This document shows positions 26,700 through 38,429 of a DNA stretch of 64,000 nucleotides, piece by piece. The notes beneath the pieces were generated by a model. That model did no database searches. It was not told where the DNA came from and saw only the letters and a program-made list of their open reading frames with translations. The stretch's first letter is position 1. Every line of letters starts with the position of its first letter. The stretch lies in NCBI RefSeq assembly GCF_964204645.1, contig NC_134031.1, forward strand, positions 8,990,001 to 9,054,000. Direction: 5' to 3'. The DNA is from Tubulanus polymorphus (Eukaryota; Animalia; Nemertea). Made by a program: the position numbers and the translations under genes.

Positions 26700-27400
26700 T
26701 TTTTGCCCGTCACAAGCCTCAATTCATCCCATTAGACGCCTCCCTCTTTCAACAGCCGCTTTACCGACGGGAGCGTAGTGGCGATCCGCGCGCCCAAAAA
26801 AATTTTTTTGCCGATCATTTCGCTAAATCTGTCCTCATATTCAGAAATATAGTGATGAATAATTATGAATCGGAAAATAAATACAATAATTCACCGCTAG
26901 ACCGATGAATAATTGTTCAATATTGATCTCATCACGAGCAGCGCGGCGCGTCGTCATTCAATAACAAGTGCCGGCCGCCATTTTGTATCGCTCGCTTCAA
27001 CGCAAAACTTAGACATTGATTTTTCCGGCAGCGATCGCTCAGCCCCGACACGAAATAAAATCATGCGGTCTTCAGTATTTGAATTTTAAGATCCTAAACC
27101 TTCCGATTCCTGATGATTCGTCGCTTATTCCGGGTCCTAAGCTGACGAATTTTGCTCTTGAAAAAGGGTATATTTCGATTTCTATTTTCTTCGACTAAAA
27201 TGCGGATTTATACACTAAACCAACCCCCAAGTGATAAAGATCGATCTTATTGGTTGATTCCAAAAGATTTTAGCTCATTTGCATTGGTTTTATGAATGAT
27301 TTTAATACGCGATGTCAAAACGCGCATCACACTTTTCCTAATCAATAATGGTTGTCACAATCGATAGTGGCGCCCCGCCCGGACATGAACATAACTATCG
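26700..27400 (-). repeat. Interspersed repeat (family J), inverted diverged copy of 30447-31250
   Basis: Shared end CAACGATAG..TATGTTCAT(G/A)TCCG..GGCGCCA.TATCGATTGTGAC.ACCATT and colinear internal blocks. Confidence 0.6.
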
Positions 27401-27654
27401 TTGCATTGCAATTAACAGGAGTTAACCTCTATGATACTATAGCGTCAGACGTTGTAGGAAACCGTAACAACGACTGGTATTCAGACTACTTTAGCGTCAG
27501 ACGTTGTAGGGAACCGTAACAACGACTGGTATTCAGACAACAGTTCACCCCCAAACTTCAAATTAGTCTGAATACCAGTCGTTGTTACGGTTCCGTACAA
27601 CGTCTGACGCTAAAGTATCATATAGAGGTTAACTCCTGTTAATTGCAATGCAAC
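27400..27654. repeat. Long hairpin with a 52-bp tandem duplication in the left arm
   Basis: About 88-bp near-perfect inverted arms. Duplicated units at 27435-27486 and 27487-27538. Confidence 0.9.
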
Positions 27655-28299
27655 AACTGGTTTTAGTGTCAAATCAAACCTTTGTACTAAAATAAATAAA
27701 TTAGTTACCTTGTTGACTTTGAAAACTTGTTTTATAATGAATTTTTTGATGATTTAAATCGCGAACCGGAGAGTTTATTGATTTGATTGGAATTGAATTG
27801 ATTGCCACTATCGAGATTTCCAATACGGACTAAATCAATAAAATGTGAAAATTCAATATGTCTCTCTAAAATTACTCTGTTATTTTTTGTTGATAAAACG
27901 CATAAATTTTGGGTTATTTTAACCTGAATAATTTGAAACAAGAATAATATCTGCATTGGCACCAAGTTTAAGTTCGAATCCGTAATTTACACTCCCATCA
28001 TGCAACACGAAAAGCCGCCATATTTGTTATGTTGCTTCACTTCAACTGTTTTTTGAGGCGACTAGTCAAAAGTTTTGAGCTACTACGATTGTCAAAAGCT
28101 ACTTAGGATTACAAATTTATGCACAATCAATAGTTAACTTCCATCTGATTACAGGACAGTCGGTTTGAGGTAAGTTGATGGTGTTTTAAGGGGTGAAATA
28201 GACGCTCAAAGCCTCGTCCCTCAAAATGAGGGACGAAAATTAACCTTATATGAGCACTTTCGCCCTAGACGTTGTTTCTGGAACAACGGCTAGGGACTA

Positions 28300-28799
28300 C
28301 TGTCTGTCACACCTACTCTCCGTGCGACGTTTTGGTCCGTAATTTCGTTAATAATCGGTTTATCTACCTTTATTATGCATCAATTTGTTCAGCGAGGAAT
28401 TTGCATTCAGAAATAAACAACAATTTTCACTGAAGTTGTTTTTGTTTTCATTTATGAGCGATAGTTTACTCGGCATACGCTCGCGTAATGCTGAAAAATC
28501 CGCTCCGCGGACGCTCGGAAACGTTACAGTGATGTCATCACCTGCTCATTAGCATATCAAAATACAGTAGGTGGCGCCACGTGACGGGCCATAAAAGCCG
28601 TTTTTCAGCATTACGCGAGCGTATGCTAGGTAAACTATCGCTGATAGAAGAAAACACAAACAAATTTCTGCCAGTTCATGATTTATTTCTGAATGCAAAT
28701 TCCTTACTGAACAAATTGATGCATAATATTTACAGATCAACCGATTATTAACGGAATTACGGACCAAAACGTCGCACGAAGAGCATGTGTGACAGACAG
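28300..28799. mobile_element. Tc1/mariner-type foldback MITE
   Basis: TA|CTGTCTGTCACAC...GTGTGACAGACAG|TA with about 200-bp imperfect TIRs. A partial copy lies at about 51650-51805. Confidence 0.82.
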
Positions 28800-28891
28800 T
28801 AACTTCAAATAGTAGGAGGCCTACGAGCCCCGTGTACGTGTTACACTGTTACAAGCCCCTCTGTGAAGTTAAGATTCAAGGGCAGTCTTAC

Positions 28892-28948
28892 CTGTTTTGC
28901 TCGACTGAACAAAGTAGTGGCATCACTAGTAAATTTTTTAAAATCCAT
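28892..28948 (-). CDS. SH3GLB1: Endophilin-B (SH3GLB1/2-like) coding exon 1
   Basis: ATG at 28948 reads MDFKKFTSDATTLFSRAKQ (H0 amphipathic helix-like) and is followed by a CAG|GTAAGA donor. 57 nt, phase 0. Confidence 0.9.
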
Positions 28949-28949
28949 T

Positions 28950-29205
28950 CTTATCGGTAATCAGCTCCTGTTGACGTTAAATATGAATTAATACAACGTA
29001 CAAATGACTGACAGACTGACTGTCAAGATTGATATATTCTAACCGGAAACAGTTCGATTCTCTTGGTGCGCGTACTTCCCGTTACTATTAGACTGGTTAC
29101 CGGTCTATATCTTTAATCGGTCAGGCAACCAGTCTAAATTCGAAAATACTACCGGCAACCAGTCTATGCCTACTGTTGCTAACATTTTGTTTGAAAATGG
29201 CGACT
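28950..29205. promoter_or_regulatory. Probable bidirectional promoter
   Basis: Lies directly upstream of the endophilin ATG. Contains ETS-like CCGGAAAC (about 29043), three copies of TAGACTGGTTRCC (29089 on +, 29124 and 29154 on -) and YY1-like AAAATGGCG (about 29194, + strand). Confidence 0.6.
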
Positions 29206-29454
29206 ACGGTTTATCGTCATATGTCATGATGGAGAGTAGTCATAGCATCTAACGTAAGCTGTTCGTTGGTAGAGTACGGGGACCTGTAGCAGTGGTCGGT
29301 TCAGGTTGAACTAAGAAATATTGATTCAGAGGGACTGACAGTAAAGTTTTTGACTCCAGACCAGTATCCTAGGACGGTGCCGTAGAGGTAGGCCTAAAAG
29401 TAAAACACTAAACAGGGAGCCATCTTCTAGTCACAGACACAGATTGTCTGATAG
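29180..29454 (+). other. Candidate non-coding first exon of the C9orf43-like gene
   Basis: Higher-GC, apparently unique sequence after the YY1-like motif, with candidate donors AG|GTAGGC (29388) and AG|GTACGT (29455). The first coding exon at 43960 has an acceptor, so an upstream exon is expected. Confidence 0.35.
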
Positions 29455-29632
29455 GTACGTCAATTAATGTTCAACAACTGTCTGTGTAATTTAATCACAA
29501 TGGATATTTTATCATATAGGCTGATGGTAGTTAGTTACCTAATCGTTGGTGGTAACCTTTTCATTATCGGATGGGCTTATACTAGTTAGTTACCTAATCG
29601 TTGGTGGTAAGCTTTTTATAATCGGATGGGCT

Positions 29633-30340
29633 TATACCAACGTTAGGGATGACAAGGACCAAAGGCAAAACACGGTTGAAAAAAGTAACACTTCAAAAAT
29701 ATACTTTCTATCCACTTCAGTCCACAATTAATGGCTTAATTCACAAACTAACACAGGTACCTTTCGAAATAATCCAATTCTATGTAGGCCTATGTTTCGA
29801 GTGATTAATCAACATTATTTTGAGAAATTAATTAATTTCCTTACAAATTTCGCCATTGGCCGCCATTTCTCTGTATTGCACATGTGGCATGATAAGACAA
29901 GGGGACCTACAAGGATTTAGATAAAACTTTCAAGACGAAACGACAATTTTTATTTTTGATGGTTTTCCAACCTATATTTCAAATCTTCGTGTTTTCCATT
30001 ATAAATAATGAAATAATAAATTCTGGTAAAAGAAAAATGTGAATAAGTGTTGATTTCTTAATATTTTTCAATTTCGTCGTTTCGCTTCGTTAGTTTGTGC
30101 TGTTGTCCTGGCCTCAGTCCACAGGTGCCAGCACCTCCAGTAATTTTCAAAATGGCAGCTGTTGACTCTACGGAAATTTACTCTCACTTTACGGCCGATT
30201 TGCACATGGATTAAGATCGTCAGGTGAGGTGTTATAGGTATCAGACAAACTACGAATCTGTTGTGTGTCGATTACAACAAAAATTTGACGGATATCTTAA
30301 GAGACAATGAAATGCCAGGCAAATTACTCGTCAGTCAAAT
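29633..30340 (+). repeat. Interspersed repeat (family I), copy 1
   Basis: About 680-bp direct similarity with 37733-38428. Confidence 0.75.
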
Positions 30341-31952
30341 TGGCTGACGAAGATTTCATACAAAAATGACCTTCCCATTCCTGACTGTGGTTTGTGAAAA
30401 TATCCGATCGTGAAACTAAACCACAGACAAGTTACTGACTAGGCTTATACCAACGATAGGTAGGCCTATGTTCATATCCGCGCAGGGCGCCATTATCGAT
30501 TGTGACGACCATTAGTGACTAAGAAAAGTGTGACGCGTGAGCCACGCTACGCGCGGGAGAGGACTCGTAGTAAATTAATTCATTAAACCACTAGAATCAT
30601 GTGAACACTTAATGACCTCTATAGATTAGCCAATCAGAACCTTCTTCATGACCTGGTGGGGTTTTTCACTGTATTAAATCCGCCAATAATAGATGAAAAT
30701 TTACCTCATGTTTGCATGCAAAATTATATACTTTTTCATCGGGAATAAGCGATCTCTCACCAGGAATCATATCCTTTAGGTTCTTAACTTTTGAATCGCG
30801 AAAACCGCTTGAATTTATAGGCCTATTGAGTGAGAGCTGCCAGAAAATTGCATGTCCTAGCCGACGATTGAAACGCGCATTCATCATGGCGGCTTCTTGG
30901 GTAATGAATGATCACGCGATGCAGAGAAAATCGACGAGTCATTCAAATATGCAGTGCAGCAACTTTTAACGGTTTCTGGGTCAACAATACTTAGGCCTAT
31001 TCATAATGCATCTGAGGTGGAAATATAATTTGCTTGCTGAATTTATTTAACTGGAAATAAGGTCGTTTTGTCCGCATTAATTCTTAATGCGGAGTGACAT
31101 TTGACTTGGCATATTCTGTGAACCGGTTGGGTTAAAAAAAGCGCATTTTTTAAGGGAGGGTTGGCAGGCTTGTTTTTTTTTCAAACTGGCTTATGCATTA
31201 AATTTATCGAGTAAAACTATTGATGGGAGGCACATAGTGGTTCAAGTAGATCATTGGAATGTTTTAATGCTCATTTCATCCAAAAAGCGGTCATGAGAAG
31301 TTTTATATAGAAACTACTAATTCACCCTGGGTGAACTTTAAGACAATATAGGTCGGGTAATTTTCCAGGAATCCTCATTAGCGCGCTGGAGGTTGACTGA
31401 GTAGGCAAAGCTACAGTCAATCGTGATTGATTTAGAGATAACTTTACCTCTTTTCGTTTTATCGTGATATTCGCGTAGGGTTTTAGCTCTAGGTAATTGT
31501 TTTGATAGTGTGGTACTTTTCAGTACGGCATATAGGCCTATTGAAATAAAGGATTTTCTTCTGGATTTTGAGATTTGAAGACGTACGGGGACCGTTTTGC
31601 CTTAACCTGTCATTCATTCTTTTGATTCAGAACTCGCGACAAAAACACATTTTTAGACTTCGTTTGGGTGTTTTGGTATCCAAACTTCGAAACGCGTACA
31701 CTTACACAAACAACACATTAAAAAAACACTAGGTAAGGTTTCTAAGGCACGTGCATTGTACTTCGCTCGGTACCCCTCAATTAGTACATTTAGGAGGGTG
31801 CCTTAGGGCAGTTTGGTGAGGAGTATCCACCGATCCAGCTGCTGTAAATTTAGGTTAGGTTAGGGTCGCGTAAACCATTCAATATTTAATACTTTTTCTG
31901 ACGATATCGGAGCAATTTCCAGTAGCATAGATACGGGAGTATAAGATATAGC

Positions 31953-33175
31953 TGTTTCAAATCCTCAATGAATAAGATTCGTTTCTAGTAATCCGTAGCC
32001 ATCCTGGCCTACGCATTTATTCAAACTAAACTACTCTAGGTTACAAAGTCACATGATAAGCTGGATGATAAGTGTCGACATCTGTACATACATATTGGTA
32101 CTCAAGTTAATGATGATAACCAATATTGAGATATTGTAACATCCCTTGTTTTTAAAAGTTATGTATTAAATTCAAATTAATCCACACATACAGTAATTCA
32201 ATTTTTATAATTATTTAAAGAAATTAAATTTGTGAAGTTAGTCCCAATCCTCTGAATTACTAACGCACTATAATATTAGGCAAGGTTGTGACTATGATCT
32301 ACTGTTCTAACGATATTCTAATATTCTAACTAGTAACTACAATGTACTACATTTCCAACACAAATCCTATTCAAAATTATTCTGTTACGACTGATCTAAT
32401 ATAATCTTTCAAGTATGCTGGTTCGCTAGTTTGTCTTCTTGGACGCGGTGTTGTCGTCGTCGTATGAGTCGTTTCTATCGGCGGTGTTGTTACAGCTGTC
32501 TTTTCCGCTGTCGATGTTGTCGTTTGGTTTGATGTTGGTGCGACTGACTCGCCCACTTGCGGTTCTGATGATGATTCGACTCGCGGTTCTGCTGCGCGTA
32601 TGAATTGACGGTTACGTCGCAGAGTTCCATTGTCAGCGTCTAGTAAGTAAGATCGATCGTCGAGTCTTGAAATAACTTTCGCGGGCTTCCAAGTTTCATT
32701 TCACGTCATTGGCTGAATGTAAACACTTTCTCCCTCGTTGATTGGTTTGAGATTTCTCGCACCCCAATTATAGTATTTTTCCTGTCGATGTTTGTTTTTC
32801 TGTAGATCCAGATACGTTACCGTTGGCTTCAATAAATTCGCAGTAGTCGGTAATAACCTTTTACACCGTCTATTGAAGAATCTCTGAGCCGGACTCAGGT
32901 TGATATTTTGCGTGGGAGTGTTTCTATAATCTAATAGAGCCAGATATTGGTCTTTACACGCGGCTTTGGCTTTTTTCATAATTCGTTTCGCGGTTTTCAC
33001 CGCTGATTCAGCCTGCCCGTTTGCGCGACTATTATACGGTGATATAGTACGATGTTCTATGTCCCACTCATTCGTAAAGTTTCCGAATAAATCACTGATA
33101 AATTGTGGGCCATTGTCCGATACCAGAACGTCTGGAATGCCATAGCCTACCGCGACAAATGCGCTTTCAGTTTAG
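31953..33175 (-). mobile_element. Gypsy 3' fragment: integrase remnant, PPT and 189-bp LTR (31953-32141)
   Basis: SDNGPQF...SPYNSRANGQAESAVKTAK...LALLDYRNTP...SPAQ. PPT AAAAACAAGGGA, then LTR TGTTACAA...TTGAAACA with AATAAA. Confidence 0.88.
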
Positions 33176-33179
33176 TAAT

Positions 33180-33193
33180 AACACGCACGCACG

Positions 33194-33240
<47 letters not shown>
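33180..33240. repeat. (CA)n microsatellite
   Basis: Directly visible. Confidence 0.95.
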
Positions 33241-33241
<1 letters not shown>

Positions 33242-33339
33242 AAAAAATTCAATACTCATTGTATTTATTGTTGTTGAATAACTTATTATTGTTGTTATCT
33301 AGGCCTAAGTCTAAATCTTGTTGAATCGGGCAATAACAA

Positions 33340-33935
33340 AAACCCTGATATTTTAGTATCATTTGGTAATTTATTTATTTACTATAGTTATCTATTACAG
33401 ATTTATTGGGGTGTCGTTGATATTTTTCACAGAACTAATTTACTTTCACTTATCGTTAAGTCAACTTCACTTATCTTTTTATCAACTAGGAATATATTTA
33501 TCTTTACTTTTTCTGAAGTCAATTCCCTTCAGATCTTTAGTTGTATTTTTTTAGTTATTTATATTTTTTGTTATGTCAATTCTTTTCAAATCTTTAGTTG
33601 TGTCTATTTTTAATTATTTATATTTTTGTTGTACATTCATTCTTTTCAATTATTTATATTTTAGTTTTTCAATCTTTTATATTTTTGTGATATTAATTCT
33701 TTTCAAATTTTCAGTTGTCCTCTATTCTAAATTATTTATATTTTTTGTTATATTTATTCTGTTTTAATCTTTAGTTTTTTCTTTTCTTTTATTACATATA
33801 CTCTTTCTTATATTTAATCTTCCAGATCTTTAACCTATGTTTGTGTTGCATTCCAGTATATATTGTTAAATTTCATTTTTATTAATCTTTAGTTGTATTT
33901 TTTTCATTTATTTGATTCATTCAAATTCTTTTTTT
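33340..33935. repeat. T-rich degenerate minisatellite
   Basis: Recurrent ATTTATATTTTT and TCTTTAGTTGT motifs. Confidence 0.7.
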
Positions 33936-34648
33936 TGATGGCCTGATGGCTGGATAGAGTGCCTGGTGTGTTTAGCACCAGTGAAGCCATGTTATTAGGT
34001 CAGAATATACCAGTGCTCCCAACTGGTTTATCAAAGCCCGGGCATGTACATTCTTTTTGGTTTACCTTTGTCAGCCATATGATGTTGGCATTGAGCCAAT
34101 TCATGTAAAATCGAGGTACGTTTTTTTGTGTGAGCATTTGTTTCATTGGTTCTCGGCTTAAACGACGTAAAATCGATGCGATTGAAGACACAGGCGAACC
34201 TCCGTCGATGACATGGTCAACTGAGTTAAAATTCTACGAAAAACTGTTTTTGGCGGGAAAATTCTTAGCTCTCGCGTATAAAATTGCAATGACCTCGATT
34301 GGGGGGCGTCGTCTCTACGAGCGAATGGGATTGGCTGTTTTTGGAATATACCAGGAATTCTGGCGCTACTAAAATAATTATGGGAAAGCCATAGAATGGC
34401 GTACATTTCATTGGACTAGGTGCCGTATACGTGCGAATTTTAAATGCTCATTGCTGGTGAGGATGTAATTATTTCACACATCCGCCATAGGTATTGTTTC
34501 ATTTTAATACCCGGTGATTGTTTTGATTGACATTGTAGTGTAAGCGAACCTTCACTTCCACCTGTGCGCGCAGAGTGCTACTCAACACATACACACAAGC
34601 TCATACAGTACACTACTCAAGGTGATGCTGTAACGCGTGCGCGTTTGA

Positions 34649-35330
34649 TGCTGGGTTCACACACACGATTTTTCATCGAGGAATCGAGCAACTCACAGTC
34701 GAGCACAACTATTTTGAAGCGAGTCGTGTGTGTGAACGAAAAAGTTGCTCGATTTTCCTCGACACAACTCTAGTCTCGACTAGTTGAGAGAAATAGAACA
34801 TGTTTTATTTCTCTCAACTCAGTGGAGGAGTCGAGAGAAATCTAACCAATCAACATGCAGTATATTTGCGCGCATTTTAATAGTCTTCCTTTCTGATAAG
34901 AGAGGACAATATATTTCTTCAATTTCTACAATAAAAGAATAAACCTTTAATAAAATCTCATCAATCTCATGTCTATCAGATAGGCCTTATTGATATATGA
35001 GACTCATGAATTCTCTTTAAGATTTCTGGAGTCAGGCAGTTCCAGGATCCCCTAACACCGGGCATAATATATCCATGGATGCTGGATAGGCTAAAGTCGT
35101 TTTATCACAATTATCTTTATGATTTCTGCTTAAATTGCAATTTCTTGTTCATCCTTCTCTGGGTAAATGCACTGCTGCATCTACGCCCAGCTGGAGTTGT
35201 GTGAATTATGCTGTGTCTGTGAACACGCATTTTGACACAACTTTGTTTATTTTTCTAACCGGGTCAGAGGTTGAGAAATCGAGAAGTTGAGACAACTTCT
35301 CAATTTCTCTTCAAAAAGTTGTGTAGCATG
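34649..35330. mobile_element. MITE remnant nested in E1
   Basis: Starts GCTGGGTTCACACACACG. Absent from E2 and E3. A related fragment lies at about 49600-49690. Confidence 0.55.
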
Positions 35331-35618
35331 ACATGAAAATAGGCTGAATAATCGTAGCAGAAGATGAGTGCTGTGTTTTCTGTTTGATAGAATTTGTAAT
35401 AAATTGTAATTTCTTGTGACCTGAAAATTTTAAGCAGCAAACTAAAAGTATAGGTCGAGGTCTGAATATTGTAGTGGTAAATTCCAGGATTTAAAACGAT
35501 CTAATAACCGATTTCTTCTGTACCGGTATTTTAACTTCCGCGGCCAACATTGGAAGAGGTTTCCATGACCCAATATTCAGTCAGCCACCCTCTGATATGT
35601 GACATCATATGAATTTTA

Positions 35619-36191
35619 GGCCATTCCATATTAATGGTCTGTTTGCCGTAACCCGGCCGACCCGACTTCAAAGGTACCGAGTGAAAACTTTTTTTCTGGG
35701 ATTCATTGAAATAAATTTTATTTTTGATAAAAACGGCCGACCGACCCACTGCCTACGTATGAGCTACGTATTATATATGTTTGAATTCAAGTGTGCATCG
35801 TGTGAAAACATGCCTTGTCAATGTGGCCTAATTTAAGTTATCCAGAAAACTGGCAGTGTCCCAATAAGCTGCCATTCATTCTCATAGTGACTATATCAAA
35901 GCTGGTAACGTAAAACCGCGCACATATTCAATGTACTGTTTCATTTTTAACACAGAGATGACGTTCTGGACGAAGTTATAATTTTAGAATAATTCTCGAA
36001 ATCTACGCTATTAGACAAATTTCCCGTGCACAACGTAGATGATTTTTGCGATATTGTTTCCATGTAAAAAGGTGATAAATTTGTTTTTTTTTGCCCAAAA
36101 ATTTAGCAAAAAGAATTTTTTCTTACCTACCGACTCATCCTGAAACAATGAGTCAGTGTTACGGCAAACAGACAATTATTTTGGGATGGCC
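35619..36191. mobile_element. PIF/Harbinger (Tourist-like) MITE
   Basis: GGCCATTCC...GGGATGGCC TIRs and TTA TSD. The empty site GAATTTTATTTGAAT is seen in E2 (about 50716) and E3 (about 58040). Confidence 0.85.
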
Positions 36192-36482
36192 TTATTTGAA
36201 TATTTTTTTCATATCGTGAAACATATTTTTTTGAAAATATAAGATAATTTCCCTGCCACGCCTACCTGTACCCTACAATATTTTGGACGTGGACCGTAAC
36301 CAAATGTATAATTTTGGTCTTATTTGACTACAAAATAATTCTTTAAGAAAGATGAAACACAATATAAACTTGTGGAACTTAGAAGTCACGAATTAAAAAG
36401 ATTTTTCAAGCAATGCCCTTACTCCAAACAACCTCTAGCTTTCAAGGTAAACCACACTTTGCCCATGGGCAATTTATACAAA

Positions 36483-36570
36483 GTGCATGTAAAAGATCCC
36501 TTACTGTGTAATCGAGAAGAGTAGCTGGGGTACCAGCGGCAGAAGGATTTTCATTATTCTATCCCTAAAA
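36483..36570 (+). mobile_element. Possible SINE central-domain fragment
   Basis: GTGCATGTAAAAGATCCCTT...AATCGAGAAGAGTAGC resembles invertebrate SINE cores, from recall only. Confidence 0.3.
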
Positions 36571-36739
36571 GCCCATACAGAACCACCAGATTTAGTCTCA
36601 CATACTGTTCAACCGTATTTTCACTCTGGTTTTACTAAATAGTAGTAGTCATAGATTATGCAACCCTTAGATCACAATTCTACCAAGAAATGAGTTCTGG
36701 ATTAAACCAGTGGTGCTCGATTGTTTAAAAATCTTCAGA

Positions 36740-37692
36740 GCATGAAAACTGCCTGCGAATTCATTTTAAAGCATCTATATGAACCTATATGTACACGCAC
36801 ATAGGAGCGCACAAAAAATGTATACATTTTGTTAAAGTTTTTTGGTTGCCTAGCAACAGCCGAGGCGCCCTGCTAGCCAGGTTATTTTTAGATTATTTGG
36901 TCTGGCTATCTATTTAATTCAATCCAGGATAATTTTTGAGAATAAATCTTTGATTACAGCCATTATTTTCATAGATTGGCACTATAACCTAATGTAGAAT
37001 AATATTCTAGAATATTACGGCTCTGAATTTATCAGCAAAAAATTTGTTCCGTACCTTTCTTGTTTAATTGGGTTCAAAAGTCATAATTTCTATTAATAAT
37101 GTTATTTCATCAGCATAAAGACCTTCCTTGGTGTTCAGAGGGGGCTAACGATCGTATTGTATCCTTGATTTCACCCAAGAAACCTATGTTAAACATCAAT
37201 TTCATCAAAATCTCAATTTTTGTCACCGTTGCCATAGCAACCCTTTTATTAAATCTATCAAGTTTTATCCAACATTTGGATTATGTTTATTATCAGGGGT
37301 TAATTAGTTAGACATGTATAATACATTAAATTACTTAAAATAACTGTTTTAACAACTTTTAGGCCTATTTTACTTGTTTCCATGGCAACTGGGGTCAAGT
37401 GCGAGACCCCCAAATAATTTAACCTATCTCAAATTCAAGGTCTAAGTTTCACATGAAATAACTTTTTGAATTGTGTAATTATCATATGTAGTTTTCAAGA
37501 TATAGCACTTTTACTGTAAAATATGTGTGCACAAATTACACAACAAAGATCACATTTTTTGCGTATTGAAATATGAAGACACTTTTCGCTCAAATTTGCC
37601 AACTTTAAAGTGCGATATCTCAAAAACTACTGAAGATAATTCAAAAATTTAAAAGCATATTGTTATTTGAGCCTTCCTTATTCCAATAAGCA
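36740..37692. mobile_element. Repeat family H, second copy (inverted)
   Basis: Terminal 130 bp is inverted relative to 24725-24850. Contains X-box-like palindromes. Confidence 0.55.
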
Positions 37693-37732
37693 TTGTTTCA
37701 GTAAGATTGGGGCAATTTGAATTTTTTATGGA

Positions 37733-38428
37733 TATACCTAACGTTAGAATGAGTTGAAAGAGCCAAAACACGGTTGAAAAAAGTAACACTTCAAAAATAT
37801 ACTTTCTATTCACTTCAGTCCACAATTAATGGCTTTATTCACAAACTAACACAGGTACCTTTCGAAATAATCCAATTTTATGTATGTTTCGAGCGATTGA
37901 TCAACATTATTTTGAGAAATTAATTGATTTCTCCACAAATTCCGCCATTGGCCGCCATTTCTGTGTATTGCATACATGTGGTATGATAGACAAGGTGACC
38001 TACAAGGATTTATATAAAACTTCCAAAACGAAACGACAATTTGTATTTTTGATGGTTTTTCAATATTTATTTCAAATCTTCATGTTTTCCATAATAAATC
38101 ATGAAATAATAAATTCTAATTGAAGAAAAATATGAATTAGTGTTGATTTCTTAATTTTTTCAATTTCGTCGTTTCGTTTCGTTAGTTTGTGTTGTTGTCT
38201 TGGCCTTAGTCCACAGGTGCCAGCACCCTCCACAATTTTCCAAAATGGCTGCCGTTGACTCGACGGAAATTTACTCTCACTATACGGCCAATTTGCACAT
38301 GGATTAAGATCGTCGGGTGAGGTGTTATAGGTATCAAACAAACTAGGAATCTGTTGTGCGAAGATTACAACAAAGTATAGACGGATATCTTAAGGGACAA
38401 TGAAATGACAGGGAAATTACTTGTCAGT
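37733..38428 (+). repeat. Interspersed repeat (family I), copy 2
   Basis: Matches 29633-30335 and abuts the BEL/Pao remnant. Confidence 0.75.
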
Positions 38429-38429
38429 A

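Larger units (their letters stand above)
34055..36476 (+). mobile_element. Helentron-type family E, copy 1, with two nested MITEs
   Basis: Subterminal inverted repeat TGGTTTACCTT / AAGGTAAACCA, 3' palindrome TTGCCCATGGGCAA, T-rich flanks. Confidence 0.75.

Noticed and set aside
26454-27403. 10-bp direct repeat ACTATCGTTG as a TSD
   Set aside because: The right copy appears to be part of the family J terminus, and no TIRs support a bounded element.
29197-29229. ATGGCG as the start of the plus-strand gene
   Set aside because: It closes after 10 codons. It is better explained as a YY1-type motif or uORF.
31850-31866. Telomere-like TTAGG repeats
   Set aside because: Only about three units, a common motif in TE ends.
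33103-33767. Hydrophobic membrane-protein-like ORFs
   Set aside because: These are translations of (CA)n and T-rich low-complexity DNA.
35609-35836. Duplicated small protein (also 46829-47089)
   Set aside because: Chance ORFs in two copies of the same MITE.
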